Of a stretch of DNA of 61,447 nt, positions 48,464 through 58,745 are shown piece by piece (position 1 is the first letter of the stretch; every line of letters begins with the position of its first letter). A program made the position numbers and the translations under genes. The notes under the pieces are model-generated. The model made no database searches, was not told the DNA's origin, and saw only the letters and a program-made list of their open reading frames with translations. Where the stretch lies: assembly GCA_944327045.1 (NCBI GenBank), contig CALVGJ010000056.1, forward strand, positions 1 to 61,447, in the 5' to 3' direction. Source of the DNA: an uncultured Desulfovibrio sp. Lineage in GTDB: Bacteria; Desulfobacterota; Desulfovibrionia; Desulfovibrionales; Desulfovibrionaceae.

Positions 48464-49345
48464 ATGCCGCGCGCTCTCTGCCTCTTGCACGCCAATTGCC
48501 AGGGTGAGGCCCTGCGTCCTCTGCTGGAGGCCAGTCCGGCCTTTGCCCGGCACTTCCGCGTGCTCCATGTGCTCAACTACACCCGCGCCGCCCTGCCGGA
48601 AGACCTGCTGGACAGTTGCGCCCTCTACCTGCATCAGGAGCTCGGGGCCAAATGGGGCGAGCTTTCCAGCGACGAGGTTCGGCGGCGGCTGCCGTCCTCC
48701 TGCCGGACGCTGCGCCTGCCCAACCTCTTCTTTCAGGGATACTGGCCCACCTGGACCCGCCTGCCGGGCGTGGACTTTGCCGATACCCTGCTGGAGGGCC
48801 TGCTGCGCCGCGGCCTGAGCCCGCTGGAGGCCAGCCTTGTCTACGAGCGGGCACGCCCCGCATTTTTCGGCGATCCGGCCGGAATTGCCGAAGCCTCCCT
48901 GCGACGGGAAGAGGAAAAGGAAGAGGACGCGCCCATCCGCTGCGCGCCGCTTCTGCGCGAATACTGGCGCACGGAACAGCTCTTCATCACGGTCAACCAC
49001 CCGGCCCGGCGGCTCGTGCTGCATGTGGCCGACAGCGTGCTGCGCCTGCTGGGACTGGGCGGCCTGCCCGATGACGTGGCCCGCGCCTACGCGCATCCGC
49101 AGGAAGACTTCTGGCTGCCCCTGCCGCCCGCCCTGGGCCTGCCGGAAAACGACGGCGGCCTTGCCCTGCCCTTTGCCGGGCGGCAGCGCCGCTACCGCAT
49201 CTTTGCCCGGCAGATGACCGCTGCCGATTACGCCCGCTGTTATCTGAGCTGCCGCGCCGCGGGAGAAGGCAACCTGCTGACCTTTCTGGCCCATCTGGAA
49301 GCGGAGCCCCGAACCACGGGAAACGGGAAGGACTCGCCGTCGTGA
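48464..49345 (+). CDS. WcbI-family putative polysaccharide acetyltransferase
   Basis: [23 protein letters not shown]. Confidence 0.72.
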   Translation: MPRALCLLHANCQGEALRPLLEASPAFARHFRVLHVLNYTRAALPEDLLDSCALYLHQELGAKWGELSSDEVRRRLPSSCRTLRLPNLFFQGYWPTWTRLPGVDFADTLLEGLLRRGLSPLEASLVYERARPAFFGDPAGIAEASLRREEEKEEDAPIRCAPLLREYWRTEQLFITVNHPARRLVLHVADSVLRLLGLGGLPDDVARAYAHPQEDFWLPLPPALGLPENDGGLALPFAGRQRRYRIFARQMTAADYARCYLSCRAAGEGNLLTFLAHLEAEPRTTGNGKDSPS

Positions 49346-49371
49346 CCGGGCCTGCCGCCTGCCGTCATCCC

Positions 49372-49400
49372 TTGACTTTGCGCGCGTCTTTGCGGAAAAT
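49372..49400 (+). promoter_or_regulatory. Sigma70-type promoter for the ileS operon
   Basis: TTGACT-N17-GAAAAT. Confidence 0.4.
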
Positions 49401-49587
49401 TGTTGCCTTATACAACAGGCAGGGCACGCCCCCGTGCGGGACGGGGCCCGACGCCGACGTCATGACAGCCGCCTCCCTGACGGAATGTGCAGCCGCGCCC
49501 CGAGTGCGGCCGCATGTACAGCCGTGCGCACGGATGCGGCATAACAAGGGAACCGCACGGAGCGTCCCATCCGCTTCGGGAGCCAGC

Positions 49588-52401
49588 ATGAGCGACTACA
49601 AAAAAACCCTGAATCTGCCCCAGACCGCCTTCCCCATGAAGGCCAATCTTGCCCAGCGTGAACCGCAGATGCTCAAGCACTGGGAAGACATCGACGCCTG
49701 CCGCGCCATGATCGAGCGGGATACCCACATGGGTTCCTTTGTGCTGCATGACGGCCCGCCCTACGCCAACGGCCATATCCACATGGGCACGGCCCTCAAC
49801 AAGATTCTCAAGGATATCATCATCAAGGCCCGCAACATGCAGGGCCACGAAGCCCGCTACGTGCCCGGCTGGGACTGCCACGGTCTGCCCATCGAGCTCA
49901 AGGTGGAGCAGGAGCTCAAGGAAAAGAAGAAGGAGCTGCCCGCCCATGTGGTGCGCAAGCTCTGCCGGGAATACGCCGCCAAGTGGATCAACACCCAGCG
50001 CAAGGAATTCAAGCGCCTCGGCGTGCTGGGCGACTGGGAACATCCCTATATGAGCATGGCCCCCGCCTACGAGGGCGCCACCGCGCGCGAGCTGGCCAAC
50101 TTTGTGGATGCGGGCAACGTCATCCGCGCCAAGAAGCCCATCTACTGGTGCTGTTCCTGCCATACGGCACTGGCCGAGGCGGAGGTGGAATACGCCGACC
50201 ACACCTCGCCCTCGGTCTTCGTGCGCTTCCCCCTGACGGACGCCCGGCTGGCCGACGTGCTGCCCGGAGCCGATCCGGCGCGGGCCTTTGTGGTCATCTG
50301 GACGACGACGCCCTGGACCCTGCCGGACAATATGGCCGTCTGCCTGCATCCCGAATTCGAGTATGTGCTGGTGGAGGCCGACGGCGCGCACTATCTGCTG
50401 GCCGCCGAACTGCTGGAGGGTTGCGCCCGCGTCTTCGGCTGGCAGGATGTTCGCGAGGTGGCCCGCACCACGGGCGAAAAGCTGGAGCATCTTACGGCGC
50501 GCCATCCCTTTTACGATCGTCCCTCGCCGCTGGTGCTGGGTCGTCACGTCACCCTGGACGCCGGTACGGGCTGCGTGCATACCGCGCCGGGCCACGGACG
50601 TGAGGACTACGAGGTGGGACTGGCCTACGGGCTGGACATCTATTCCCCCCTGGACGACGCGGGCCGCTTTTTGCCCAGCGTGGAATTCTTCGCGGGGCTC
50701 AATGTCTTTGAGGCCAATGCCCCGGTCATCGACAAACTGAAGGAAGTGGGCAACCTGCTGCACGCGGGCAATATCTCCCACTCCTACCCGCATTGCTGGC
50801 GCTGCAAGAAACCGGTCATCTTCCGGGCCACCACTCAGTGGTTCATCAGCATGGAAAAGAACGACCTGCGTCGTCGCGCCCTGACGGCCATCGACGAGAA
50901 GGTGCGCTGGATTCCGGCCTGGGGCCGGGATCGCATCTACAACATGATCGAATCCCGCCCGGACTGGTGCATCTCGCGTCAGCGCCAATGGGGCGTGCCC
51001 ATCATGGCCCTGCTCTGCGAAGACTGCGGCGAGGCCTGGAACGACGCCGCCTGGATGCGCGACATGAGCGAACGCTTCGCCAAGCATCCCACGGGCTGCG
51101 ACTACTGGTACGAAGCGCCGCTGGAAGACATCGTGCCCGCCGGGCTGACCTGCCCCAAGTGCGGCGGCAGCCACTGGAAGCGGGAAACCGACATCCTCGA
51201 CGTCTGGTTCGATTCGGGGACGAGCTGGGCCGCCGTGCTGGAGGCCCGGCCCGAGCTGTCCTTCCCCGCCGACCTCTATCTGGAAGGCTCTGACCAGCAC
51301 CGCGGCTGGTTCCACAGCTCGCTGCTGGCGGCCGAGGGAACCCGCCGCACGCCCCCCTACCGGGCCGTGCTCACCCACGGCTATGTGGTGGACGGCAACG
51401 GTCGCAAGATGTCCAAGTCCGTGGGCAACGTCATCGCGCCACAGGAGCTCATCGACAAATTCGGGGCCGAAATCATCCGCCTCTGGGTCAGTTCCGTGGA
51501 ATATCGGGAAGATGTCCGTATTTCCGATGAGATTCTCGGCCGCCTTGTGGATGCCTACCGCCGCATTCGCAATACGGCCCGCTTCATGCTCGGCAACCTG
51601 TCCGATCTGCACCGCAAGGACCTGCTGCCCACCGACGAGCTGCTGCCGCTGGATCGCTATGCTCTGGACGTGGCGGCCCGCCTGCACCAGCGCATCCAGC
51701 AGGCCTATACGGAATATGAGTTCCACAAGGTCTACCATTCCCTGCACAATTACTGCACCACCGACCTGTCGGGCGTCTATCTGGACGGCCTCAAGGACCG
51801 GCTCTATGCCTCGGCGCCCCACAGCCGGGAACGCCGTTCGGCGCAGACGGCCCTTTACCATCTGACCTGCCTGCTCATGCGGGACATGGCCCCCGTCCTC
51901 TCCTTCACGGCGGAGGAAATTTATCTGGCCCTGCCCAATGATCTGCGCGAGGACGCTCCCACCGTCTTTGCCCTTCCCGCGCCGGACATCAGCGCCTTCC
52001 TGCTGGAAGACGGCGTGCGCGACGACTGGAACGTGCTCATGGCCGTGCGCGGCGCCATGACCCGCGCCATCGAGCCCCTGCGCCGGGACGGCGTGGTCGG
52101 CCACTCGCTGGATACGCGCGTCACCCTCTATGTGAGCGACGAGCTGCGCGAACGCGTGGAAAGCCTGCACGCGGATTTGCGGGAATTCTGCATCGTCTCG
52201 CAGATTCGGCTGACCCCGCTGGCTGAAGCGCCCGCCACAGCCCTGCAGGACGGCGACGTGCCCGGGCTGGCCGTGGGCGTGGCCAGGGCGGATGGCGAAA
52301 AGTGCGAACGCTGCTGGATTTACAGCACGGAACTGGGTCAGGATGCCGCCCATCCGACCCTTTGCCCCCGCTGTACCGCGGTCATGAAGGAACTGTCCTA
52401 G
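49588..52401 (+). CDS. ileS: Isoleucyl-tRNA synthetase
   Basis: [36 protein letters not shown]-terminal KCERCW..LCPRC. Confidence 0.97.
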   Translation: MSDYKKTLNLPQTAFPMKANLAQREPQMLKHWEDIDACRAMIERDTHMGSFVLHDGPPYANGHIHMGTALNKILKDIIIKARNMQGHEARYVPGWDCHGLPIELKVEQELKEKKKELPAHVVRKLCREYAAKWINTQRKEFKRLGVLGDWEHPYMSMAPAYEGATARELANFVDAGNVIRAKKPIYWCCSCHTALAEAEVEYADHTSPSVFVRFPLTDARLADVLPGADPARAFVVIWTTTPWTLPDNMAVCLHPEFEYVLVEADGAHYLLAAELLEGCARVFGWQDVREVARTTGEKLEHLTARHPFYDRPSPLVLGRHVTLDAGTGCVHTAPGHGREDYEVGLAYGLDIYSPLDDAGRFLPSVEFFAGLNVFEANAPVIDKLKEVGNLLHAGNISHSYPHCWRCKKPVIFRATTQWFISMEKNDLRRRALTAIDEKVRWIPAWGRDRIYNMIESRPDWCISRQRQWGVPIMALLCEDCGEAWNDAAWMRDMSERFAKHPTGCDYWYEAPLEDIVPAGLTCPKCGGSHWKRETDILDVWFDSGTSWAAVLEARPELSFPADLYLEGSDQHRGWFHSSLLAAEGTRRTPPYRAVLTHGYVVDGNGRKMSKSVGNVIAPQELIDKFGAEIIRLWVSSVEYREDVRISDEILGRLVDAYRRIRNTARFMLGNLSDLHRKDLLPTDELLPLDRYALDVAARLHQRIQQAYTEYEFHKVYHSLHNYCTTDLSGVYLDGLKDRLYASAPHSRERRSAQTALYHLTCLLMRDMAPVLSFTAEEIYLALPNDLREDAPTVFALPAPDISAFLLEDGVRDDWNVLMAVRGAMTRAIEPLRRDGVVGHSLDTRVTLYVSDELRERVESLHADLREFCIVSQIRLTPLAEAPATALQDGDVPGLAVGVARADGEKCERCWIYSTELGQDAAHPTLCPRCTAVMKELS

Positions 52402-52901
52402 TGCAAGCCCGTTACCGACTGCTTGGCGGCTACGCCCTGCTGGCCCTGCTGCTCGATCAGCTGACCAAGTTCTGGGTGCTGGCCGCCATTCCCGAACACA
52501 AGGCCATCACCGTCATCCCCGGCCTGCTGGACCTCGTGAACATCCGCAACCGGGGAGCGGCTTTCGGTTTCCTCAACCGCTCGGACATCGAGTGGCAGTT
52601 CTGGCTCTTCCTGCTGGCCACGCTGGTGGCGGCGGTCGCCATCATCCTGCTTGTCCGCACCGCGCAGGAACAGCCCTGGCTCTTCCGGGCGCTGGGGCTC
52701 GTCATGGGGGGAGCGCTGGGGAATCTCATCGACCGCATACGCTTCCGGGCCGTGGTGGACTTTCTGGATATCTATGTGGGGGACTGGCACTGGCCGGCCT
52801 TCAACGTGGCGGACATGGCCATCTGCATCGGTGCGGGACTGGCCTGTCTGCTGCTCTGGAAGTCGCCCCAGCCCGCCCCGGAAAAAGAGGCACGCCCATG
52901 A
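52401..52901 (+). CDS. lspA: Lipoprotein signal peptidase II
   Basis: [32 protein letters not shown]; GTG start overlapping the ileS stop. Confidence 0.93.
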   Translation: MQARYRLLGGYALLALLLDQLTKFWVLAAIPEHKAITVIPGLLDLVNIRNRGAAFGFLNRSDIEWQFWLFLLATLVAAVAIILLVRTAQEQPWLFRALGLVMGGALGNLIDRIRFRAVVDFLDIYVGDWHWPAFNVADMAICIGAGLACLLLWKSPQPAPEKEARP

Positions 52902-53101
52902 CTTTCGCCTGGTGGCATATCCCCGTGGTCCTGCTGCCCATGCTGCCGACTCTCTGGAGCATCATGCACATCTGGCGGCATCAGTTCTCCAGCCCGCTGC
53001 AACGATCCCGCTGGCTGGTTTTCGTGGTTTTTGTGCCCGTGATCGGCGGGCTTGCGTACATTTTTACCGGTCGTCGCAAGGCCGGCGACCCCTTTCCGTA
53101 A
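52898..53101 (+). CDS. PLDc N-terminal domain small membrane protein
   Basis: Two TM helices, W....[12 protein letters not shown]. Confidence 0.75.
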   Translation: MTFAWWHIPVVLLPMLPTLWSIMHIWRHQFSSPLQRSRWLVFVVFVPVIGGLAYIFTGRRKAGDPFP

Positions 53102-53115
53102 TTTCGAGGTGCTTC

Positions 53116-54099
53116 ATGAACCACAGTCGCATTCTTACCGCTCTCGGCTTCCTGTGCAGTGCAACCCTTGTCGGCGGCTGCGTGGGGAGCACGTCCTCCT
53201 CCTCTTCGCTTGATCTGGAACAACGCGTACAGCAGCAGGATTCCCAGTTGCGCCAGCTCCAGCCCGCACAGGCGGAAATGTGGAGCCAGGTGCAGGCCCT
53301 GCGGCAGGAGGTCAACTCCCTCAAGGGGCAGGTGTACGACCTGCAGCAGGTGGGCGGCGCCCGCGCCGTGGTGGAACGCCTGAACAAACACGATGCCGCC
53401 CTGCGTCAGGTGGAGACCAGCATGGCCCTCAATCTGAATCTGGGCGATCCGCTGCCCGCCCTGCCGGCGGCCTCGGCGGCTCCGGCGCCGACTCCGGCCG
53501 CCGCTCCCGCCCTTTCGGACGGCTGGGGACAGACCACATCCGCCACCGCGCCCCAGTCCGCCACGGCTGCCGGCACAGGCGAGACCTGGGGCCAGCCCAG
53601 TACCTCCCTCACCGCCACGGCAACCACCGGCGCGGCTGCCGCGGGAACGACTGCCGCCGTGGATCAGGGTTCGACCTGGGGACAGCCAACCCCCCAGCCG
53701 CAGCAGGCTCCCGTGGCGCAGAAGGACGTCTCCATGGCTCTGTACGACGCGGGGATCAATGCCTTCACCAACCGCAAGTACGAAGAAGCCCAACGGTCCT
53801 TCTCGGACTTCGTCAAGAATTATCCCAATCATACCATGACCGCCGAAGCGCAATACCATCTGGCGGAATGCTACTTCCAGCGCAATCAGTTTGCCGATGC
53901 CGCCCTGGCCTATGACACGGTCATCACCAAGTACGGCAAGTCCTCGCGCGCGCCCGGCGCCTACCTCAAGCAGGGCATCTGCTTCAGCAAGATCAAGCAG
54001 ACCGCAGCCGCCAAGGCCCGCATGCAGGAGCTGATCAAGAAGTATCCCAATTCGCCGGAAGCGGCCCGCGCCAAGACGTTCCTCAAGACCAACAAGTAA
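53116..54099 (+). CDS. cpoB: Tol-Pal-associated CpoB/YbgF lipoprotein
   Basis: Lipobox LVGGC, coiled coil, TPRs (FVKNYP..AQYHLAECYF, KYPNSPEA). Confidence 0.82.
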   Translation: MNHSRILTALGFLCSATLVGGCVGSTSSSSSLDLEQRVQQQDSQLRQLQPAQAEMWSQVQALRQEVNSLKGQVYDLQQVGGARAVVERLNKHDAALRQVETSMALNLNLGDPLPALPAASAAPAPTPAAAPALSDGWGQTTSATAPQSATAAGTGETWGQPSTSLTATATTGAAAAGTTAAVDQGSTWGQPTPQPQQAPVAQKDVSMALYDAGINAFTNRKYEEAQRSFSDFVKNYPNHTMTAEAQYHLAECYFQRNQFADAALAYDTVITKYGKSSRAPGAYLKQGICFSKIKQTAAAKARMQELIKKYPNSPEAARAKTFLKTNK

Positions 54100-54111
54100 C
54101 GGAGGCATGCC

Positions 54112-54747
54112 ATGAGCGGATCAGTGCATCAGAGCGTCTACCGTCAGCTCAATGACGACATGCGCGAAGGACTCAAACGCATCTATCAGCAGATTTCCGA
54201 AGCCACCAGCGGCCAGCTGCTGGGCTGCGATGAGGCGGATCATCTCTTCAACGAGGCTTCGGATCAGCTGCGCGAAGTCATGGAAGCCACCGAAAAGGCG
54301 ACCATGAGCATTCTGGAAGTGGTGGAAAAGCAGCTCGAGCGGCAAATCGAGTCCGCCGGGCTCATCGCGACTCTTCTGGACGGTAAGGCCACCCCTGAGC
54401 AACTGGATCGCCTCAGGGACATCAATAACGATCTTGGCGACGACCTGACCAACGTGATCACCACCCTGAGCTTTCAGGACATCACCGGCCAGCGCATCAA
54501 GAAGGTCGTGGAGGCGCTCAACCGCATCGAAGGGACAGTGGTGGAGCTCTATGTCTCGTCGGGCCTCTTTCTGGACGGTGCGGAAAAGAATCCGTCCAAG
54601 GACGCGCAGGAACTGCGCGATGAGGTCAACAAGGCTGTGGAAGATTTCCGCAATTCCCGCCAGTCCCACAGCGATCTCAAGGGTCCCAGCGCCGACGGCT
54701 GTTCGCAGGGAGCCATCGACGACATGCTGGCACAGCTCGGCCTGTAG
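54112..54747 (+). CDS. CheZ-like protein phosphatase
   Basis: TEKAT..I, LSFQDITGQRIKKV, C-terminal SQGAIDDMLAQLGL. Confidence 0.8.
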   Translation: MSGSVHQSVYRQLNDDMREGLKRIYQQISEATSGQLLGCDEADHLFNEASDQLREVMEATEKATMSILEVVEKQLERQIESAGLIATLLDGKATPEQLDRLRDINNDLGDDLTNVITTLSFQDITGQRIKKVVEALNRIEGTVVELYVSSGLFLDGAEKNPSKDAQELRDEVNKAVEDFRNSRQSHSDLKGPSADGCSQGAIDDMLAQLGL

Positions 54748-54892
54748 GGCATGTCAACACTATCCGCTGCTTATGGGGCAAGCGGAGCCGGGATGGATGA
54801 ACTTCCTTATTCATTGAAATAGGTTGGAGATTTGCTTTAATAGGCAATGGCCCCTGACTGGTCATTATCCATGACGTTGTCAGGCGAAAAAT

Positions 54893-54929
54893 GCAAAAAA
54901 GCCGTCGGCGCTGCCGACGGCTTTTTTGC
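54893..54929. terminator. Bidirectional rho-independent terminator
   Basis: GCAAAAAAGCCGTCGGC-GCT-GCCGACGGCTTTTTTGC. Confidence 0.85.
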
Positions 54930-54952
54930 TTCGCTCTCCGAAGGCATTGGCC

Positions 54953-55039
54953 CAGGGCGTCTTGCCTTTGAAAAAGGCAACATGCGCGGCGACGGCACAG
55001 CGACGCCCGGCCAAACATGAATGGTGTGAAACGCAAACG
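54953..55039 (-). mobile_element. MITE-like family A, degenerate copy (reverse)
   Basis: CAGGGCGTCTTGCCTTTGAAAAAGGCAACATGCGCGGCGACGGCACAGCGACGCCCGGCC..TGGTGTGAAACGC. Confidence 0.65.
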
Positions 55040-55075
55040 CCACCACCGTCCTGGGCAGCCGTTCTCGCCAGCAGC

Positions 55076-55576
55076 TCAAAAGCGCAGCAAGTGCCCTGCC
55101 CAGCGCTCGGCCTGATGCAGGATATCCCAGAAGCGCGGCCCCAGAAAAAGCGCAAAACAGCCCAGCATGCCCGCCAGAAAGACATACTCCCCAGCGCTGC
55201 CCGTGGAGCAGAGACGCAGGGAAAAACGGTTCTTGCGGCTGAAGGGATGCAGCGGTACCCCGGTAGGGTTGAGCATATCCAGCACAATGTGACTCAACGC
55301 GCCAAACCCCACGCCCAACACTACCGCACGCCAGTGCGGCGGCAGCGGCAGCAGGCCGGCCACCAGAAAAATGGCCAGCCACCAGCCGAACCAGTGTGTC
55401 ACGCCTCGGTGGATACGGTTGAAAGTCCGCTGCGGATTCCGTGTCAGCCGGGCGACGCGCTGATCCAGCATATCCGGCAGCACAGCCCCGAAACAGGAGG
55501 CAAGCACCCCCTCCACCGGCAAATGCAGCACCAGCGCCATGCCGACCGCCGCCGCCTGATGTGTTATCCATTTCAT
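55076..55576 (-). CDS. YdjM-like membrane-bound metal-dependent hydrolase
   Basis: MKWITH, GAVLPDMLD, HRGVTH, SHIVLDML..GVPL.PF. Confidence 0.85.
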   Translation of the reverse strand: MKWITHQAAAVGMALVLHLPVEGVLASCFGAVLPDMLDQRVARLTRNPQRTFNRIHRGVTHWFGWWLAIFLVAGLLPLPPHWRAVVLGVGFGALSHIVLDMLNPTGVPLHPFSRKNRFSLRLCSTGSAGEYVFLAGMLGCFALFLGPRFWDILHQAERWAGHLLRF

Positions 55577-55639
55577 GCGTTTTCCTTTGGAACCTGTTGA
55601 TACCAAGATGAGTTACTTTAGGGGGGATGGAGAACCCCT

Positions 55640-55855
55640 CGCTCTGCTGTCGATGCCTGTAAGGCTCCTGCGTCGCCTAACAGGCACGGCCTACGGCCGC
55701 CCTTTGGGTCGCGCTCTGCTGTCGATGCCTGTAAGGCTCCTGCGTCGCCTAACAGGCACGGCCTACGGCCACCCTTTGGGTCGCGCTCTGCTGTCGATGC
55801 CTGTAAGGCTCCTGCGTCGCCTAACAGGCACGGCCTACGGCCGCCCTTTGGGTCG
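55640..55855. repeat. Three tandem 72-bp REP-like units
   Basis: Units at 55640, 55712 and 55784, identical except one base; each has a TGCCTGT..ACAGGCA stem and a GGCCTACGGCC hairpin. Confidence 0.92.
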
Positions 55856-55911
55856 CTGCCGACGCTGGAGGGGTTTCTCTTCCCCAGTGCGCTTTTACCG
55901 GGAAATAGTCC

Positions 55912-56010
55912 GGGATACGAGGCAACCCTGCCCCCAAAAGCAAGCGGAGCATGTACAGCTTATTTGTGTTATCTATTGAAATTATTTGAAAATTTTGCAT
56001 TAACAAGCCC
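55912..56010. repeat. Dispersed repeat family B, copy 2 (ends TTAACAAGCCC)
   Basis: Aligns with 3071-3164. Confidence 0.75.
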
Positions 56011-56123
56011 TGACCTGCTGACACGTCCCACAGGACATCATCGTGCAAACATGGCCGATTACCGCGCCTGGAAGTTCCCATGCGCTCAAGTAATCCCCAC
56101 TTTCCGCACCGGTAAAGCGCGCC

Positions 56124-56195
56124 GGGGAGGGGTTGGGGGGTGCGGGGGGAAGGGGGACACCACCCGCGCGAGGCGGGGGGCCCCCTTCCCCCGCA
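56124..56195. repeat. G/C-run palindromic extragenic element
   Basis: TGCGGGGG(G)AAGGGG...CCCCTTCCCCCGCA stem preceded by G runs. Confidence 0.6.
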
Positions 56196-56220
56196 AAAAC
56201 GCACAGTATTACGTCAGGCC

Positions 56221-58479
56221 CTAGCCGCAGCGGGAGAAGCCGCAGGTGGGGCAGATGAGGCAGCCTTCCTGAAAGAGCAGTACCGCATTACATTCCGGAC
56301 AGTGCTGTTGTTCGATATCCGTCACGCCGTTACCGAGCTGTTCGTCCTTGAGATAGCGCCTTTCCAACACCCAGGCGATGGCATCGGGGATGGAGAGGAG
56401 CAGTCCCTTACCGCGAAAAACCGGATGCTCACCGCCAATGCCCTTGATCTGTGCCACAATGTCCCGTACTTCCACGCCGGAGCGCAGCGCGAGGGAGACA
56501 AGCCGACCGATAGCTTCGGCCTTGGCCGTGATGGAGCGCCCGGACTTGCCGATGGTGGCAAAGACCTCAAAGGGCTTGCCGTCCACCTCGTTAACGGTCA
56601 GGTACATGGCGCCAAGCCCGGTTTGAACCTTCTGGGTAAAGCCCTGCACCACATCAGGCCGCTTGCGAACCGCCGAAACCGGGGGTTTAGCCGGTTCGCC
56701 GTCCATTTTCCGCTGCCCTTCGCCCGTGGCCAGCACCTGCACGGACTTGCAACCGTCCCGGTAGACCGTGACGCCCTTGCAACCTTCCTTGTAGGCCAGC
56801 CAGTAGATATGATGGATATCCTGCTCGGTAGCGGAATGCGGCAGATTGACGGTCTTGGACACGGCATTGTCCGTATGGCGCTGAAAGGCGGCCTGCATGC
56901 GCAGATGCCAGACAGGTTCGATGTCCATGGCGGTCACGAACACACGGCGCATTGACTCGGGCAGGTTGTCCATATCGCGGATGGAGCCTTTTTCCAGCAC
57001 CAGCTCCATGAGATCGCCCGACGCCAGACCGGCTTCACGCACCGCCGCTTCAAAATAGGGATTCACCTCCAGCAGGCGCTCACCGTCCAGAATATTGCGG
57101 GTGAAGCAGAGGGCAAAGAGCGGCTCGACGCCGGAGGAACAGCCCGCGATGAGCGACAGCGTGCCCGTGGGCGCAATGGTCGTCACTGTGGCGTTGCGGT
57201 ACGGCCCCTCGCCGCGAGCGGCATAGGTCGAATGGTCATAGGCCGGGAAGGGCCCACGCAGGCGCGCCAGTTCAGCCGAGGCCCTGTGCCCTTCGTCGTT
57301 GATGAAGCCCATGATCCGCTCGGCAAGGGCCGTCCCCTCTTCGGAATCATAGGCAATGCCCAGCTGATAGAGCAGATCGGCGAATCCCATGACCCCGAGC
57401 CCGATCTTGCGGTTGCGTCGCACGGTCTCGGCAATGCGCTCCAGCGGAAAGCGCGAGGCATCCACCACATTGTCCAGGAAATGCACAGCCAGATGCACCA
57501 CCTCGCGCAGGGCGTCCCAGTCGATGCCGCCGTCGGCGGGCGCGGCGTCCTTGTTGTGCCCGGGCCGGTAGAAGCAGGCCAGATTGATGGAGCCGAGATT
57601 GCACGCCTCGTACGGCAGCAGCGGCTGTTCGCCGCAGGGATTGGTGGACTCGATTTCCCCCTGTTCCGGCGTCGGATTGTCGCGGTTGATGCGATCCAGA
57701 AAGATAATGCCCGGATCGCCGGATTCCCAGGCCTTGCGCACCAGCAGGTCAAAAATTTCACGGGCGCGCAGACGCTTGACCACCTCGCCGTTTTGCGGGG
57801 AGCGCAGCTCGTATTCCCCGTCCGCCTCCACCGCCTGCATAAAGGCTTCGGTCAGGCCCACGGACAGGTTGAAGTTGTTGAATTCGCCGTCCTTTTCCTT
57901 GGCGCGGATGAATTCCACTATGTCGGGATGATCCACGCGCAGGATGCCCATGTTGGCCCCCCGTCGCGTCCCGCCCTGCTTGACCTGCTCCGTGGCGGTA
58001 TTGAAAATGCGAAGAAAGGACACAGGCCCCGACGCCACCCCGCCCGTGGAACCCACGCGGCTGGCCTTGGGCCGCAGGCGCGAGAAGGAAAAGCCGGTGC
58101 CGCCGCCTGATTTGTGAATCATGGCCGCGTACTTGACGGCATCGAAAATCTCCTCGATGGAGTCGCCCACCGGCAGCACAAAGCAGGCCGAAAGTTGCCC
58201 CAGCTCTGTACCCGCGTTCATAAGCGTGGGCGAATTGGGCAGGAACTTCCAGGAGATCATCAGGTCATAGAAGCGACGGGCCAGCGCGGCCTGCTCATCC
58301 GGCGAGGCGTTGTAGTCCCCGTCCACGGCGGCTATGGCGGCAGCTACCCGCCAGAACAGATCACGCGGCTCCTCGACGGACAGGCCGTCAAGGCTTTTGC
58401 GCAAATAGCGCTTTTTCAGCACGACTTCGATATTGGGCGTAAGCTGCGGATGCGGCAGCTGTTCAGGCATGGGAATCAT
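56221..58479 (-). CDS. nrdJ: Class II (adenosylcobalamin-dependent) ribonucleotide reductase with TSCPD-like domain and C-terminal zinc ribbon
   Basis: FLPNSPTLMNAG, QLSACFV, KQGGTRRGANM, TNPCGEQ, CNLGSINL, TTIAPTGT, KGVTVYRDG, CPEC..EGCLICPTCG. Confidence 0.92.
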   Translation of the reverse strand: MIPMPEQLPHPQLTPNIEVVLKKRYLRKSLDGLSVEEPRDLFWRVAAAIAAVDGDYNASPDEQAALARRFYDLMISWKFLPNSPTLMNAGTELGQLSACFVLPVGDSIEEIFDAVKYAAMIHKSGGGTGFSFSRLRPKASRVGSTGGVASGPVSFLRIFNTATEQVKQGGTRRGANMGILRVDHPDIVEFIRAKEKDGEFNNFNLSVGLTEAFMQAVEADGEYELRSPQNGEVVKRLRAREIFDLLVRKAWESGDPGIIFLDRINRDNPTPEQGEIESTNPCGEQPLLPYEACNLGSINLACFYRPGHNKDAAPADGGIDWDALREVVHLAVHFLDNVVDASRFPLERIAETVRRNRKIGLGVMGFADLLYQLGIAYDSEEGTALAERIMGFINDEGHRASAELARLRGPFPAYDHSTYAARGEGPYRNATVTTIAPTGTLSLIAGCSSGVEPLFALCFTRNILDGERLLEVNPYFEAAVREAGLASGDLMELVLEKGSIRDMDNLPESMRRVFVTAMDIEPVWHLRMQAAFQRHTDNAVSKTVNLPHSATEQDIHHIYWLAYKEGCKGVTVYRDGCKSVQVLATGEGQRKMDGEPAKPPVSAVRKRPDVVQGFTQKVQTGLGAMYLTVNEVDGKPFEVFATIGKSGRSITAKAEAIGRLVSLALRSGVEVRDIVAQIKGIGGEHPVFRGKGLLLSIPDAIAWVLERRYLKDEQLGNGVTDIEQQHCPECNAVLLFQEGCLICPTCGFSRCG

Positions 58480-58619
58480 CAGGCATCCCCTCTTTGTTCA
58501 TAAGGTGGCGAAAGCACTTCTACCCATTCTTCCGGAGCACGATGGCGGCGCGACGCCGGACGGTTTCCCTGCCGAAGAACGCAGGGCCGCCGTTGCTGCG
58601 GAAGAACGCGGCGTTATGC

Positions 58620-58658
58620 AAAAAAAAACCCTCCTCCCGAACGGGGACGTTCGGGAGG
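58620..58658 (-). terminator. Rho-independent terminator
   Basis: CCTCCCGAACG-loop-CGTTCGGGAGG with a minus-strand T-tract. Confidence 0.6.
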
Positions 58659-58745
58659 AAGCTCCTTTCCGTATACTCTCCTGCGCCCTGCTTGAAAAGA
58701 GCAGGCGGCAGAAGACCGGTACCGGACGACAGCGTCCAGAATACG

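Noticed and set aside
49400-49587. T-box riboswitch in the ileS leader
   Set aside because: AAGGGAACCGC only loosely resembles the T-box and lacks the UGGN bulge; no specifier stem or terminator is visible
55640-55855. Possible CRISPR array
   Set aside because: Units are contiguous and near-identical with no unique spacers, and no cas genes are present
55575-55979. 134-aa ORF with a 24-aa repeat
   Set aside because: Open only because the 72-bp DNA repeat is a multiple of three; no RBS or protein-like features
58480-58620. Cobalamin riboswitch or NrdR boxes upstream of nrdJ
   Set aside because: No B12-box or tandem NrdR palindrome could be recognised by eye
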